Source: Candidatus Latescibacterota bacterium
GTDB taxonomy: Bacteria; Latescibacterota; UBA2968; UBA8231
Length of the DNA: 64,000 nucleotides
Assembly: GCA_965242865.1 (NCBI GenBank)
Contig: CBDETK010000013.1
Location: forward strand, 3,584,001-3,648,000
Direction of reading: 5' to 3'
The translations under genes were made by a program, and so were the position numbers. Position 1 is the first letter of the stretch. Each line of letters starts with the position of its first letter. Positions 28,611-39,146 of the stretch are shown one piece after another. Under the pieces are notes generated by a model, which was given only the letters and a program-made list of their open reading frames with translations, ran no database searches and was not told where the DNA came from.

Positions 28611-31184
28611 ATGACACTGCACACGCTCGCTATGCTACGGTGGCCGACAGCCCTCGCGCTCGGCATCGCCGTGGCCCTTTCCCTCGACGCCGTGGCCCAA
28701 GAGGATAAGACCGCAGCAGAGGAGAGCCCTGCCGACGCGGAAATGCTCGAAGGGGTCGTAGAGCTCGAAGAGCAGGTGGTGACCGGGGCGCGGCAACCGC
28801 GCTCGGTAACGGATTCGGCCGTGCCGGTCGACGTCGTCCGCGGCGAAGATTTCGTCAAGCAAGGGGGCACAGACCTGCCTGACCTGCTGAGAAACGTCGT
28901 CCCCTCGTACAACGTCTCGTTCCAGCCGATCAGCGATGCGGCCACAGTCGTCCGTCCTCCCAATCTGCGGGGGCTGGCACCGGACCATGCGCTCGTGCTG
29001 GTCAACGGCAAGCGTCGCCACCGCGCCTCGGTGATCTACTGGCTGGGCAATGGCTACTCTGATGCGGCGCAGGGGCCGGACATTTCCCCGATCCCGGCCA
29101 TCGCGCTCAAGCGGGTAGAAGTGCTGCGCGACGGGGCCTCGGCTCAGTACGGGTCCGACGCCATTGCCGGGGTGCTGAACTTTCAACTCAAGGACAGGTA
29201 CCAAGGCGGGTCTCTCGAGATCAAGCCCGGCATTTTCCAAGAAGGCGATGGGTTCACGTACAGTGCTGCGGGCAATATCGGCTTGGGCAGCGAGCGGGCT
29301 TGGGCCAACCTCAGCCTAGAGTACGGCAACGCCGATGAGACCGACCGATCGGTGCAACGAGCGGATGCTACGGCCCTGAGAGAGGTCGGCAATACCGATG
29401 TGGCCGACCCGGCCCAACCTTGGGGTCAACCCATCATCAGGAACGACCTAAAGTTCTTTGCCAACTACGGCGCGAATCTCAACGACAACCTCGGGCTGTA
29501 TGGTCACGCCAACTATGCCAGCAAGGAGGTCGAAGGCGGATTCTACTTCCGCAACCCCAATACGCGGCCGGCCGTATTTAGCATCGACGAAGGGGCGACC
29601 TTGCTCGTGGGCGATCTGGACGGTTTGGACGACGAGGGCAATAGCGATTGTCCCACGGTGCCCATAACCGACAACGTGCCAGAATCCGGTGCCCTGCAGC
29701 AGGTTTTTGACGACGACAATTGCTTCACCTTCCAAGAGGTTTATCCGGGTGGGTTCACGCCCCGCTTTGGCGGCAACACCACCGATCGCGCCGTTTTGCT
29801 GGGCATAAAAGGCACGGTTCCCAACCCGACGGTTACTTGGGATCTAAGTGCCTCCTATGGCCGCCATCACTCCGACTTCTTCATTTTCAACACCGTAAAC
29901 GCCTCGCTGGGGCCTGACTCGCCGACATCGTTTGAGCCGGGCGACTACATCCAGACCGATACCAACGTCAACTTTGACGTTACTCTTCCGGTCAACCAGC
30001 AGCTATTCCTCGCGGCGGGCCTTGAATACCGCACGGAAGCCTTTGAAATCGTGCAGGGACAAGAAGAATCTTTTGCCGTCGGCCCCTTAGCGTCTCAAGG
30101 CTTTAGCTCCGGTTCCAATGGTTTTCCGGGTTTCGGGGAGATTGCGGCCGGCCGCTGGGATCGGTCCAACGTTGCTGCATACCTAGAAGCGGAAGTTAGC
30201 CCGCTCGAAAACTGGTTGCTGGCCGGTGCGGTGCGCTACGAAAACTTCGACGACTTTGGCAGCACCACCAACTACAAGCTGGCGACCAACTACGGCTTTA
30301 CCGACCAGCTAAAAGTGCGCGGCAGCTACAGCACCGGGTTCAGAGCACCGACCCCCGGCCAGCAAAACGCCTTCAACGTGACGACCGAATTCGGCCAAGA
30401 CAGCGAAGGCAATTTCATCCTGATCAATAAGGGCACGATTCCTTCTACGCATTCAGCGGCCGAACTGGTCGGCGGCAAGGGACTCGAGCCTGAAAGGTCG
30501 AAGAATTTCACGATGGGTGCTGTTGTTGGTAATGATGCGCTGAGCCTGACGATCGACTACTTCAACATCGAAGTGGAGGATCGCATGACGGTCTCCAGCG
30601 ACAAGCAGCTTACGCCCGAGCAGATCGAGCAGTTGGAGGCTACGGGCATAAACGCACGCAACCTACAGGAGTTTCGCTTTTTTACCAATGACTTTGCAAC
30701 GAAAACCCAAGGCATCGACTTGGTCGTCACGGCGCCCGTGGCTGCGGGTGAACTGAGCTACACGTATAACTTCACGAGCACCGAAGTTACCCAGTACGAC
30801 ACGCTCCTGCTCGACGACCAACGCATCACCTTGTTGGAGAAGGGGCTTCCCAGACACCGCTGGAATTTGACCCTGACCCAAGCCCTGAGCGATAATTTGG
30901 CTGCCCTCGGGCGCGTCAGTTATTACGAGTCTTGGAATGAGTGGGCCTTTGGGCCTGCGGCCCAAGTCTTTGGTCACGCCTTCTTGCTCGACCTAGAGGC
31001 CAGTCTCTCGCTAGCTCCTCGCTCAACGGTCGCTGTTGGCGTCCACAACCTCCTCAACGTCGAGCCGGATAATCGCACCGCTGGGCCGGACTGGGGGCCG
31101 GCAGTCGGTCGGCCTTTCGGCGAGTACAGCCCTTATGGCTTTGGCGGCGCATTCTGGTACACAAAGTATAGCTACAACTTCTAG
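28611..31184 (+). CDS. TonB-dependent outer membrane receptor
   Basis: Signal peptide, VVTGAR, LVLVNGKR, RVEVLRDGASAQYGSDAIAGVLN, terminal Phe. RBS AAGGAGG. Confidence 0.93.
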   Translation: MTLHTLAMLRWPTALALGIAVALSLDAVAQEDKTAAEESPADAEMLEGVVELEEQVVTGARQPRSVTDSAVPVDVVRGEDFVKQGGTDLPDLLRNVVPSYNVSFQPISDAATVVRPPNLRGLAPDHALVLVNGKRRHRASVIYWLGNGYSDAAQGPDISPIPAIALKRVEVLRDGASAQYGSDAIAGVLNFQLKDRYQGGSLEIKPGIFQEGDGFTYSAAGNIGLGSERAWANLSLEYGNADETDRSVQRADATALREVGNTDVADPAQPWGQPIIRNDLKFFANYGANLNDNLGLYGHANYASKEVEGGFYFRNPNTRPAVFSIDEGATLLVGDLDGLDDEGNSDCPTVPITDNVPESGALQQVFDDDNCFTFQEVYPGGFTPRFGGNTTDRAVLLGIKGTVPNPTVTWDLSASYGRHHSDFFIFNTVNASLGPDSPTSFEPGDYIQTDTNVNFDVTLPVNQQLFLAAGLEYRTEAFEIVQGQEESFAVGPLASQGFSSGSNGFPGFGEIAAGRWDRSNVAAYLEAEVSPLENWLLAGAVRYENFDDFGSTTNYKLATNYGFTDQLKVRGSYSTGFRAPTPGQQNAFNVTTEFGQDSEGNFILINKGTIPSTHSAAELVGGKGLEPERSKNFTMGAVVGNDALSLTIDYFNIEVEDRMTVSSDKQLTPEQIEQLEATGINARNLQEFRFFTNDFATKTQGIDLVVTAPVAAGELSYTYNFTSTEVTQYDTLLLDDQRITLLEKGLPRHRWNLTLTQALSDNLAALGRVSYYESWNEWAFGPAAQVFGHAFLLDLEASLSLAPRSTVAVGVHNLLNVEPDNRTAGPDWGPAVGRPFGEYSPYGFGGAFWYTKYSYNF

Positions 31185-31207
31185 GAACGGCTGTCCGAGG
31201 AGTCCAT

Positions 31208-31246
31208 GCAAAAGGCTGAGTACCCAAGTGGTACTCAGCCTTTTGC
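31208..31246. terminator. Bidirectional terminator
   Basis: GCAAAAGGCTGAGTACC / GGTACTCAGCCTTTTGC perfect stem. Confidence 0.85.
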
Positions 31247-31323
31247 GGTTTCTGATTTAGACACTAACCTCTAAGTACGCGATACTTGCTTTGCGTCCGC
31301 CTTTTCTGGTGTTCCCGTTGCAT

Positions 31324-31349
31324 CCGGGATCGAGGGCGTCCCGCCCTCA
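31324..31349. repeat. REP-like palindrome family A
   Basis: CCGGGATCGAGGGCGTCCCGCCCTC. Confidence 0.6.
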
Positions 31350-31372
31350 ACGTTTGTTCAGTTTAAAAAATG

Positions 31373-31561
31373 CTATCGAGCACTATCAGCCACAACACGC
31401 AAGAAAGGATGATTGGCTTTATTATGTCCCGTCTCTTCTTCCCTCCTTTTGGATTTTCCAATACATATATTGATCGCTTCCATTTTGTCAAGAACTTCGG
31501 CAACCTTTTCGTATCCATCAGGTTGGTTCTTGATCTTGATATGAGATTTATTCGTTGTCAT
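31373..31561 (-). CDS. Small hypothetical protein (62 aa)
   Basis: RBS AAGGAG. Lies directly downstream of the SDH protease gene. Confidence 0.5.
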   Translation of the reverse strand: MTTNKSHIKIKNQPDGYEKVAEVLDKMEAINICIGKSKRREEETGHNKANHPFLRVVADSAR

Positions 31562-31580
31562 AACTAGTCTCCTTTTTCAA

Positions 31581-32474
31581 TTAAATTAGATTCTTACTCT
31601 GAATAAAACTGCGAAACCCGTTACGATTACAATAGTCCATCAAAAACCAGAAATGATCCCGAATAAGCTGCCATTGCTTTGGGTCCTGTTCTAGGTCTTC
31701 TATCTTCAACTCCAGTTCATCCCTTAAAACTTTACTACTAATTCCTCTTCCATGAGACCCCCATCGCTGCTGGTCGTTTAAAGCCTCTGCAATCTTATTT
31801 GCCCGTTCTTCACGCATCTTATCACTCACTGCAATTTTTTGATCCTCTGTCTCTTTCCAATTCCGAAATTTATACTGAACAAGCCATTTCTTTAGTAGAT
31901 CTATAGTAAGATCCTTCGCTAAACGATACATATCTAGCTCTGCAAGATCCAATTTCTGAAGTAGTATCATCTCGGCTGGCGTTATTCCAGGACCTTTCTT
32001 TTTTAACTCTTCATACTGATTTAAATAAGATAGTCCAGAAATATAGCGAGAACTATCAGGAGAAAGTATCTGCGGATCAATAGGGCCTAGTCTCGAAAAA
32101 GAATCCATGAGAATACTATCTCCTGATAATACCAAGACAGTACCCGCAGACATTGCCTTATCTGGAACAGCAAAATGGACCTCTTTATATCTATTACGCA
32201 GAACATCAACTATTCGTTCAACAACCTCTACACTACCACCCCCAGTATCCACAATAAATAAAGCTGTATCTCTATGGTTCTCTATCCGTTCTACGGCCTC
32301 ACGAATCCCAACATCAACTCCTTCCTGGATTGGGCCATAAAGAACAATCACATCTTTATCTACATGCTCCTCAATAGCTTTTAACTTCTCCCCAAGAAGA
32401 TCACGAGCAACAGTATCTACACTAGACGGTGGAGTAAATCTAAGAGCTGATTTATCGCTGGATTCATTCGTCAT
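31581..32474 (-). CDS. SDH-family ClpP-fold serine protease
   Basis: DTGGGSV, AMSAGT, LGPIDPQI, WGSHGRGI. AT-rich gene. Confidence 0.85.
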   Translation of the reverse strand: MTNESSDKSALRFTPPSSVDTVARDLLGEKLKAIEEHVDKDVIVLYGPIQEGVDVGIREAVERIENHRDTALFIVDTGGGSVEVVERIVDVLRNRYKEVHFAVPDKAMSAGTVLVLSGDSILMDSFSRLGPIDPQILSPDSSRYISGLSYLNQYEELKKKGPGITPAEMILLQKLDLAELDMYRLAKDLTIDLLKKWLVQYKFRNWKETEDQKIAVSDKMREERANKIAEALNDQQRWGSHGRGISSKVLRDELELKIEDLEQDPKQWQLIRDHFWFLMDYCNRNGFRSFIQSKNLI

Positions 32475-32820
32475 CTCTATCGTTGTACTTTCTTTTAATG
32501 ATTATACGATACGCACATTGTACGCGCAAAAACTACGGTCAGAGGTCATATCTGTCAACCGTTTTTCATTTTACGTCTTGTTTTACTAGAAGGAATTTCC
32601 CTATCTTTTAGGCGATCCAACGTCTTGTGCAGATCCCGCTTAGTCGGGTCATCTGCTGAATAAAACAGCCAGACCCGGCGAAGGGTAGCTCCCTTCTGCC
32701 TTGGCAAATAGGTAGAGCGTACGATGCAGATGGACAACCAACTGCGCCTACTGCACGAGACGTTGGACTGGCCCGGCCCTTTCGAGGGCTTTCCCATTTC
32801 TCCCGTCCAAGGAGAACGTC

Positions 32821-33177
32821 ATGTCTCGTCTCGTCGCTTTCGCAGGGAGTCTGCTTTTTTGTCTGTCCTGCTCTAATCATCAAGCTCCGCTAGCTCCCCA
32901 AGAAGTTTCTACGGAGTCAGGCCCCGCCATACGGTTGTCGTATGTAGCCAAGCCCGCGACCAATGGTACACGCTGCATGTACGACCGGCCTAGACTGCTC
33001 TATTGGTCGTCTCAAGGACTGACGGCGACAGTGCTGTCAAAAGGCCAATGGGTGTACCACACCTATACTTGGGATTACATCGGCATTGAGCCGGCTGCTG
33101 GCGAAGTCTTCTACGGCATCAATAATGGTCGCCTGATCTTTCCCGGAGACCTTCGCGCCATCTGGACACCTCAATAG
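32821..33177 (+). CDS. Hypothetical lipoprotein
   Basis: RBS AAGGAG and LSC lipobox. Confidence 0.55.
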   Translation: MSRLVAFAGSLLFCLSCSNHQAPLAPQEVSTESGPAIRLSYVAKPATNGTRCMYDRPRLLYWSSQGLTATVLSKGQWVYHTYTWDYIGIEPAAGEVFYGINNGRLIFPGDLRAIWTPQ

Positions 33178-33482
33178 GCGGGTGAAGGGTAGGTCGCCAG
33201 ATGGAAAGGACTTAGGTTGAAGGCGAGAGACTATAACCTGCTGCGCGACCTACCCTTCTAAAAAATGAGAGTGCTTCTCTGCCTAAAAATTTCAAAATGA
33301 AAGTGATATTCGCCCAAGAGGAACAAGCCGCTTGAGGCATCCCATGCGTACGAGCCGCCCACAAGGGCCTTGAGCACCGCCGCACCCCCTGCGAATGTGC
33401 CCGTAGAGCCGCCAAGCGAATCATTTGCGCCCAACCGCAGCACGGGCCATTATTCAATCGTCTGCTCAACCAAGGAGATGCC

Positions 33483-34655
33483 ATGATCATCCGACCCAAA
33501 GTTCGCGGCTTTATATGCACTACGGCCCATCCCGACGGCTGCGCTCGCGCTGTCCAAGACCAGATCGACTGGGTCAAACGCCAGCCCCCCTTCAACGGCC
33601 CCAAGAAAGTCCTCGTCGTCGGTGCTTCTACCGGCTACGGGCTAGCGTCGCGCATCGCCACCTGCTTTGGCGCGGGTGCGGCCACGCTCGGGGTCTTTTT
33701 CGAGCGGCCAGCGGCCGGCAACCGCACGGCAACGGCCGGGTGGTACAATAGCGCGGCCTTTCACGAGGCCGCACGCAACGCTGGCCACTACGCCCGCAGC
33801 ATCAACGGCGATGCCTTCTCCAGCGCGATCAAGGCCGAGACAATCGCCGCCATCCGCGAGGACCTGCAAGCCGTTGATTTGGTCGTTTACAGCCTAGCGT
33901 CGCCGCGGCGGACTCATCCGCGCACCGGCGAAAACTTCAGCTCCGTCCTCAAGCCCATCGGCCGCTCCTATACCAGCAAGACCGTCCACGTCCAAACCGG
34001 CGAGGTTTCCGACATCGCCATCAGCCCGGCGAGCGAAGAAGAGATCGCCCATACCACCGCGGTGATGGGGGGGGAAGACTGGCAGATGTGGATCGAAGCC
34101 CTCGACGAGGCGGGGGTGCTCGCCGACGGCGTTCGCACGGTCGCTTATACCTATATCGGCCCGGCAATGACCCACCCGGTCTATCGCGACGGGACCATCG
34201 GCCAAGCCAAGAATCACCTAGAAAAGACAGCCAAAACGCTCGACAAGTATCTACAAGCTAAAAGCGGCAGTGCCCACATCTCCGTCAACAAGGCCATGGT
34301 GACCCAATCGAGCGCGGCTATCCCGGTCGTGCCGCTCTATATCTCGCTGCTGTACAAGGTGATGAAAGGAAAAGGCTGCCACGAAAGCTGCATCGAGCAG
34401 ATGCACCGCCTCTTCGCCGATGGCCTCTATGCAGACGCCTCCACCGACGCCGAGGGGCGCATCCGCATGGACGACCGAGAAATGCGCGAGGATGTGCAGG
34501 GGGAAGTCGCGGTGCTGTGGGAGCAAGTCAACACCGACAACCTCGCGGCACTGTCGGATATCGAGAGTTATCGCACGGAGTTTCTGGGGCTTTTCGGCTT
34601 TGGCCTTGCGGGCATCAACTACGCGGCAGAGGTCGATCCCGACAGGCCGCTATAA
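33483..34655 (+). CDS. fabV: Enoyl-ACP reductase / trans-2-enoyl-CoA reductase
   Basis: RGFICTTAHP, GASTGYGLASR, TAGWYN, YSLASP, YRDGTIGQAK, LFGFG. Confidence 0.95.
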   Translation: MIIRPKVRGFICTTAHPDGCARAVQDQIDWVKRQPPFNGPKKVLVVGASTGYGLASRIATCFGAGAATLGVFFERPAAGNRTATAGWYNSAAFHEAARNAGHYARSINGDAFSSAIKAETIAAIREDLQAVDLVVYSLASPRRTHPRTGENFSSVLKPIGRSYTSKTVHVQTGEVSDIAISPASEEEIAHTTAVMGGEDWQMWIEALDEAGVLADGVRTVAYTYIGPAMTHPVYRDGTIGQAKNHLEKTAKTLDKYLQAKSGSAHISVNKAMVTQSSAAIPVVPLYISLLYKVMKGKGCHESCIEQMHRLFADGLYADASTDAEGRIRMDDREMREDVQGEVAVLWEQVNTDNLAALSDIESYRTEFLGLFGFGLAGINYAAEVDPDRPL

Positions 34656-34667
34656 GAAGCGTCAGCA

Positions 34668-37637
34668 ATGGTTTTGCTGGTGCTGATGCTGGCGGCATGG
34701 ACGCCCGGGCACGCGAGCGAGTGGCTGCAATTGCGCGGCGACCGCCAGATGAGCGGCCGGGCCTCGGGGATCGGTCAAATGCGCCACGGCCCGCCGCAAG
34801 AACGCTGGCGTTACGACATCGCCGCTTGGGAGGGCTATGTGGAAGTAGCCCAGCAGGAGGGCGACGCCTCGGTGGCCTTGCCCTTTGCCGCCCCAGTAGC
34901 TCCCAATTACATCGGCACCCAAGGGCGAGCTTGGGGGGTCGGGCCACCGATTTTTGACCTCGGCGGCGTCGAGGTCGCCATGCCGCTGGACAATGGCTTC
35001 AAAGTGGCCCAGATACTGCCCGGGGAGGCGGGCTTGCAGCGCTTTGAGATGGGAAATTCTTTCAGCGATGGCGGGGCCGCGCCCAAGCAGGGCCGACTGC
35101 TCGCGTACGACCACGGCGAGCCCTGGGTCGTGTGGGAGACCGAGTTCTTTGCCAACACTTGGGATCCCAATGTCTTGGTGGTGGACGTCGATGCAGACGG
35201 CCAACTCGACATCGTCGTGGCCACCCACTACCGCATCCTCGTCTTCGACGGGGCCACCGGAGAAACCAAAATGCAGTTGCAGTACCACGGGTATCGCAAC
35301 TACGGCTGGTTCGGGGCCGCCAACATCGACGACGATCCGTATCCCGAGTTCGGGGTGGTGGCCGATTTTAGCATGCACACCGAGGTCATTGACAACGACG
35401 GGACGGAATTGACCCTGCGCTGGCTGCGCGACATTCAGCCCGACCCAGCGCAATCAACCAAGGTCGTGCGGCCCAAACCGCAGGCCCTAGTGGATGTGGA
35501 CGGCGATGGTCGCTTTGAGCTGGTGTACAGCATCTACAACGATCAAGGCGATGGGCAGTGGCACGTGGTCGGCGTCGATGCGCTCAGCGGCGAGACCCGT
35601 TTTGATTTCCCGCAGCACCATTTGCACGGTATGGCCGATGTGGATGGCGACGGGCGTTTGGAGCTGTTCGTCTCGGCTACGACTGGCGAAGCCCTGCCAA
35701 CGTATGCGCCGCTGGCGGTCTGGTCCTTGACGGCGGGAGCGGCAACCGTGCGCTGGAGCCACGAGCGAGGCCGCTTCAGTACGGTACTGCTGAACCAATT
35801 GCCCCTAGCGGTGAGCACCGGCGCGGCCGACGGACTGCGCACGGTGTCAACCGGCGACGTAGATGGCGATGGCCGGCGCGATTTCTTCGCGCTCGCGCCG
35901 GACGGGGCCGGCGAAGTGTTAGCCGCTTGGGGCAGCGATCACACGGGACGCATCGGACCGCGCTGGTCGGTGCGCGGTCCGGCCGGGATGGCCCTAGAAG
36001 CAGCGGCGGTGGCGGACAACGGGGCGGCCCTGCTGTATCTCAAGGGACGGGGGCTTCCCAGTCAGACGCTGATGCTGGAGCAGGCCTCGGGCGAGTTGCA
36101 CCAGTGGAGCCGCCAAGCATTTACCCCGGCCGGCACACCCGTAGTAGCTGATTTGGAGGGCGATGGCCGGGTGGAGGTGGTCGTGCAGACCGCGACCCAA
36201 GAAGTGCTGTGTCTGCAAGACTGGGGCGAGGGCGAGCCTCAACGGCGGTGGCAGGTGTCAGGTTACGGCCAGACCAACAACGCGCCCCACCACTGGGGCG
36301 TGGTCGCCGCCGATGTAGATGGCGATGGGCACCGGGAAGTACTGGCGGCGCGGGAGGCGGCCAGCGGCAACGCCAGCTTGGTGGCACTCGCGGCCGATGG
36401 CTCCATCCGCTGGCAGACCGAGTTCGTTGGCTTTGACGGCAGCATGCCGATATGGAATTTCAGCGGCCTGTCCTACTGGAGTGCTGGGTACTTTCGCAGC
36501 AACGAGTACATGGATGTATTCGCCAGTCTGCGGCGCGGCAAGTTGGGCAGCGAAGTGGGCTTTTTGCTCGACGGGCGCAGCGGTGAAATCGTCTGGGAAT
36601 CCAATGGTTTCGTCCTGCCCGAGGACGGCAGCGGTCGCAGTCTGGGGGGCCATCCCAGCGCGGCCGGGGATGTGGACGGCGACGGCTTAGACGAGATCGT
36701 GGTGATGTGGCCCGACCGACTACACATCGTCGACGGAGTCACGGGCACGGCGCAGGTGGTGCGCCAAGCTTATGGGTATTCCAACGGCCTCAATCCGCTG
36801 TTTGAGAGCGATTCCTTTGTCGGCTATGCCTTCCCAGCGGTGGTCGATTTATTTGGCGACAGCCGGCCCGAGCTCCTCTGGGGGCACTGCGGCTATTTGA
36901 ACGCCGTTTTGGACAGCCATGGCCAGCGCATCTGGCAGACCCCGTACCGCAACAATACCGAAGTGCAATCGCTGATGGGAGTGGGCGACAGCGATGGCGA
37001 TGGGGCCGCGGAACTACTCGCTTCCACCGCCGAGGGCGTCCGTCTTTTCCAAGCGGCGGATGGCGCGGTTTTGCTGGAGTTCGACGATGGGGTGCGGGCC
37101 TATACAGACGTGGTCTCCGGCGATGTGGACGGCGATGGGCGCGACGAGTTCCTGTTTGGCAGCGGCACCCAGTTGATCTGCGTGGAACAGGCCGAAGGCA
37201 CCCTGCGCCGGGCTTGGACGCTCGAGGTGGAGGGTCGCAGCAGCGACATTGCCTTGGCCGATGTGGATAGGGACGGTTTTCTGGACATCGTGGTGACGAC
37301 CGCGGATGGCTATGTAAAGGTGTATGTGGGGGAAGAGGACGCCACCGCGGTACAGGCTGCGGAGCGGACGCCGCAGAAAACCGATTTACATTTGCCCTAT
37401 CCCAACCCCTTCAACAGTCAAGTGCATATCGATTTCAGCGTGGGACGAGCCGGGATGGTGCGGCTGGAGGTTTTCGGCCCAACGGGACAGCGGGTGAAAA
37501 CGCTCGTGGCGGCGTGGCGCAAACGCGGGGCTTACCGGGTGCGTTGGGACGCGGGCGAACTCGCCAGTGGGGTGTATGTCGTGCGCTTGCAAGCGGGCGA
37601 TACCGTGCAGGAACGCAAGGTGTCGTTGGTCAAGTGA
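34668..37637 (+). CDS. Secreted FG-GAP/VCBS repeat protein with T9SS/FlgD-like C-terminal domain
   Basis: Many DVDGDG repeats. C-terminal YPNPFN...LASGVYVVRL. Confidence 0.85.
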   Translation: MVLLVLMLAAWTPGHASEWLQLRGDRQMSGRASGIGQMRHGPPQERWRYDIAAWEGYVEVAQQEGDASVALPFAAPVAPNYIGTQGRAWGVGPPIFDLGGVEVAMPLDNGFKVAQILPGEAGLQRFEMGNSFSDGGAAPKQGRLLAYDHGEPWVVWETEFFANTWDPNVLVVDVDADGQLDIVVATHYRILVFDGATGETKMQLQYHGYRNYGWFGAANIDDDPYPEFGVVADFSMHTEVIDNDGTELTLRWLRDIQPDPAQSTKVVRPKPQALVDVDGDGRFELVYSIYNDQGDGQWHVVGVDALSGETRFDFPQHHLHGMADVDGDGRLELFVSATTGEALPTYAPLAVWSLTAGAATVRWSHERGRFSTVLLNQLPLAVSTGAADGLRTVSTGDVDGDGRRDFFALAPDGAGEVLAAWGSDHTGRIGPRWSVRGPAGMALEAAAVADNGAALLYLKGRGLPSQTLMLEQASGELHQWSRQAFTPAGTPVVADLEGDGRVEVVVQTATQEVLCLQDWGEGEPQRRWQVSGYGQTNNAPHHWGVVAADVDGDGHREVLAAREAASGNASLVALAADGSIRWQTEFVGFDGSMPIWNFSGLSYWSAGYFRSNEYMDVFASLRRGKLGSEVGFLLDGRSGEIVWESNGFVLPEDGSGRSLGGHPSAAGDVDGDGLDEIVVMWPDRLHIVDGVTGTAQVVRQAYGYSNGLNPLFESDSFVGYAFPAVVDLFGDSRPELLWGHCGYLNAVLDSHGQRIWQTPYRNNTEVQSLMGVGDSDGDGAAELLASTAEGVRLFQAADGAVLLEFDDGVRAYTDVVSGDVDGDGRDEFLFGSGTQLICVEQAEGTLRRAWTLEVEGRSSDIALADVDRDGFLDIVVTTADGYVKVYVGEEDATAVQAAERTPQKTDLHLPYPNPFNSQVHIDFSVGRAGMVRLEVFGPTGQRVKTLVAAWRKRGAYRVRWDAGELASGVYVVRLQAGDTVQERKVSLVK

Positions 37638-37770
37638 GCCGGCGCGGAGCAGAGATCCCAAAGACCCGTCTGAAACCGATAGCAAGCGGCGCATTGACAA
37701 CTCAGATGGAGGAAATGTGTGGCCCCGTATCTTATGAAGGGACACGACAGGCGAGTGGGGGCAACGGGGC

Positions 37771-37799
37771 TTGACCCGATGCGAGGGATACGATACACT
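37771..37799 (+). promoter_or_regulatory. Sigma70-like promoter of the PT-like operon
   Basis: TTGACC-N17-TACACT. Confidence 0.5.
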
Positions 37800-37916
37800 G
37801 AGTCTAACAGCTTACTTGGATGAGACGGCATCGGTTTCCTTGGTTGGTAAGCCATGCCTCCTTTACTAAGGGCCTGTCTTTATTTAGCCGCTTTACGGAA
37901 AAACGATCTCCGACTC

Positions 37917-39146
37917 ATGTATCCCGTTTATTTGGACTATGCCGCAACGACGCCTGTCGACCCGCAGGTCATCGCGGTGATGACCCAGTACCTAGGGCTG
38001 GATGGGACGTTCGGCAACGCAGCGTCGCGTTCACATCGCTTTGGACAAGAAGCCGGGGCGGCAGTGGAGAAGGCACGGAATCAGGTGGCCCAACTCATCA
38101 ACGCTGACCCGTCCGAGATCGTTTGGACATCGGGAGCCACCGAATCCGTCAATTTAGCTATCAAGGGCGTAGCGCATGGATATGCCCATCGAGGCAAACA
38201 TATCGTAACCTCAAGTCTGGAGCACAAAGCGGTTCTGGCTTCATGCGATAAACTAGCTCGTGAAGGATTCAAAATTACCTATATCAGCCCTAATCAGGAC
38301 GGTCTAATCTCCCCAGAACTCGTGAAGGAAGCGATGAGAGACGACACCATCCTCGTCTCCCTTATACACGTGAACAACGAAGTCGGGACCATCACCGACG
38401 TCAATGCGATCAGCGAAATAACTCGCACTCAGGGGATACCACTCCATGTGGACGCTGCTCAAAGCGTCGCTCGTTTATCGCTTGATACACGCTCTGTGAA
38501 AGCGGATCTTATTTCACTTAGCGGCCACAAGATGTACGGGCCAAAGGGCGTCGGAGCACTCTACGTGCGACGCTGCTGGCCCCGTGTCCAAATCGAACCT
38601 CAAATACATGGCGGCGGCCAAGAACAGGGCATCCGCTCGGGGACATTGGCAACACATCAACTAGTCGGCATGGGCGAGGCCGCACAATTGATATGTGAAC
38701 GTCGAAACCGCGATGTTGAAGCTATCGCCGAACTCGATCGCCGCTTGCTTGATCGTCTTGCAGATATTGAGCATACCTTCATAAACGGCAACAGTGCGAA
38801 CCGCGTTTCAGGAATCGTGAACGTAGGATTCGCTTGTGTCGAGAGTGAGTCCCTGATGATGTCGTTGAAGGACGTTGCTATCTCATCCGGCTCGGCCTGT
38901 ACGTCATCCCGCGTTGAGCCTTCCCATGTATTGCGGTCTTTAGGCTTGCCCGAGGATCTCGCAAGCTGCTCAGTCCGCTTCAGTCTCGGACGATTCACGA
39001 CTGAAGAAGAAGTCGACTTTGCTGTGTCATGCGTCCGGAACTCCGTTGACGCCTTGCGCCAATTGTCCCCCCAATGGCGAGCACTTCGCCGAAGGGACCA
39101 TGGCACCAACCCGTACTCTCTGGTACGGCCGGCAGTGATGACATGA
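37917..39146 (+). CDS. dndA: Cysteine desulfurase (IscS/DndA-like)
   Basis: YLDYAATTP, SGHKMYGPKG, SSGSACTS. ATGA overlap with dndC. Confidence 0.85.
   Translation: MYPVYLDYAATTPVDPQVIAVMTQYLGLDGTFGNAASRSHRFGQEAGAAVEKARNQVAQLINADPSEIVWTSGATESVNLAIKGVAHGYAHRGKHIVTSSLEHKAVLASCDKLAREGFKITYISPNQDGLISPELVKEAMRDDTILVSLIHVNNEVGTITDVNAISEITRTQGIPLHVDAAQSVARLSLDTRSVKADLISLSGHKMYGPKGVGALYVRRCWPRVQIEPQIHGGGQEQGIRSGTLATHQLVGMGEAAQLICERRNRDVEAIAELDRRLLDRLADIEHTFINGNSANRVSGIVNVGFACVESESLMMSLKDVAISSGSACTSSRVEPSHVLRSLGLPEDLASCSVRFSLGRFTTEEEVDFAVSCVRNSVDALRQLSPQWRALRRRDHGTNPYSLVRPAVMT

Noticed and set aside
37917-39146. Housekeeping isc/suf Fe-S operon
   Set aside because: No iscR/U/A or suf genes nearby, and the gene is coupled to dndC.
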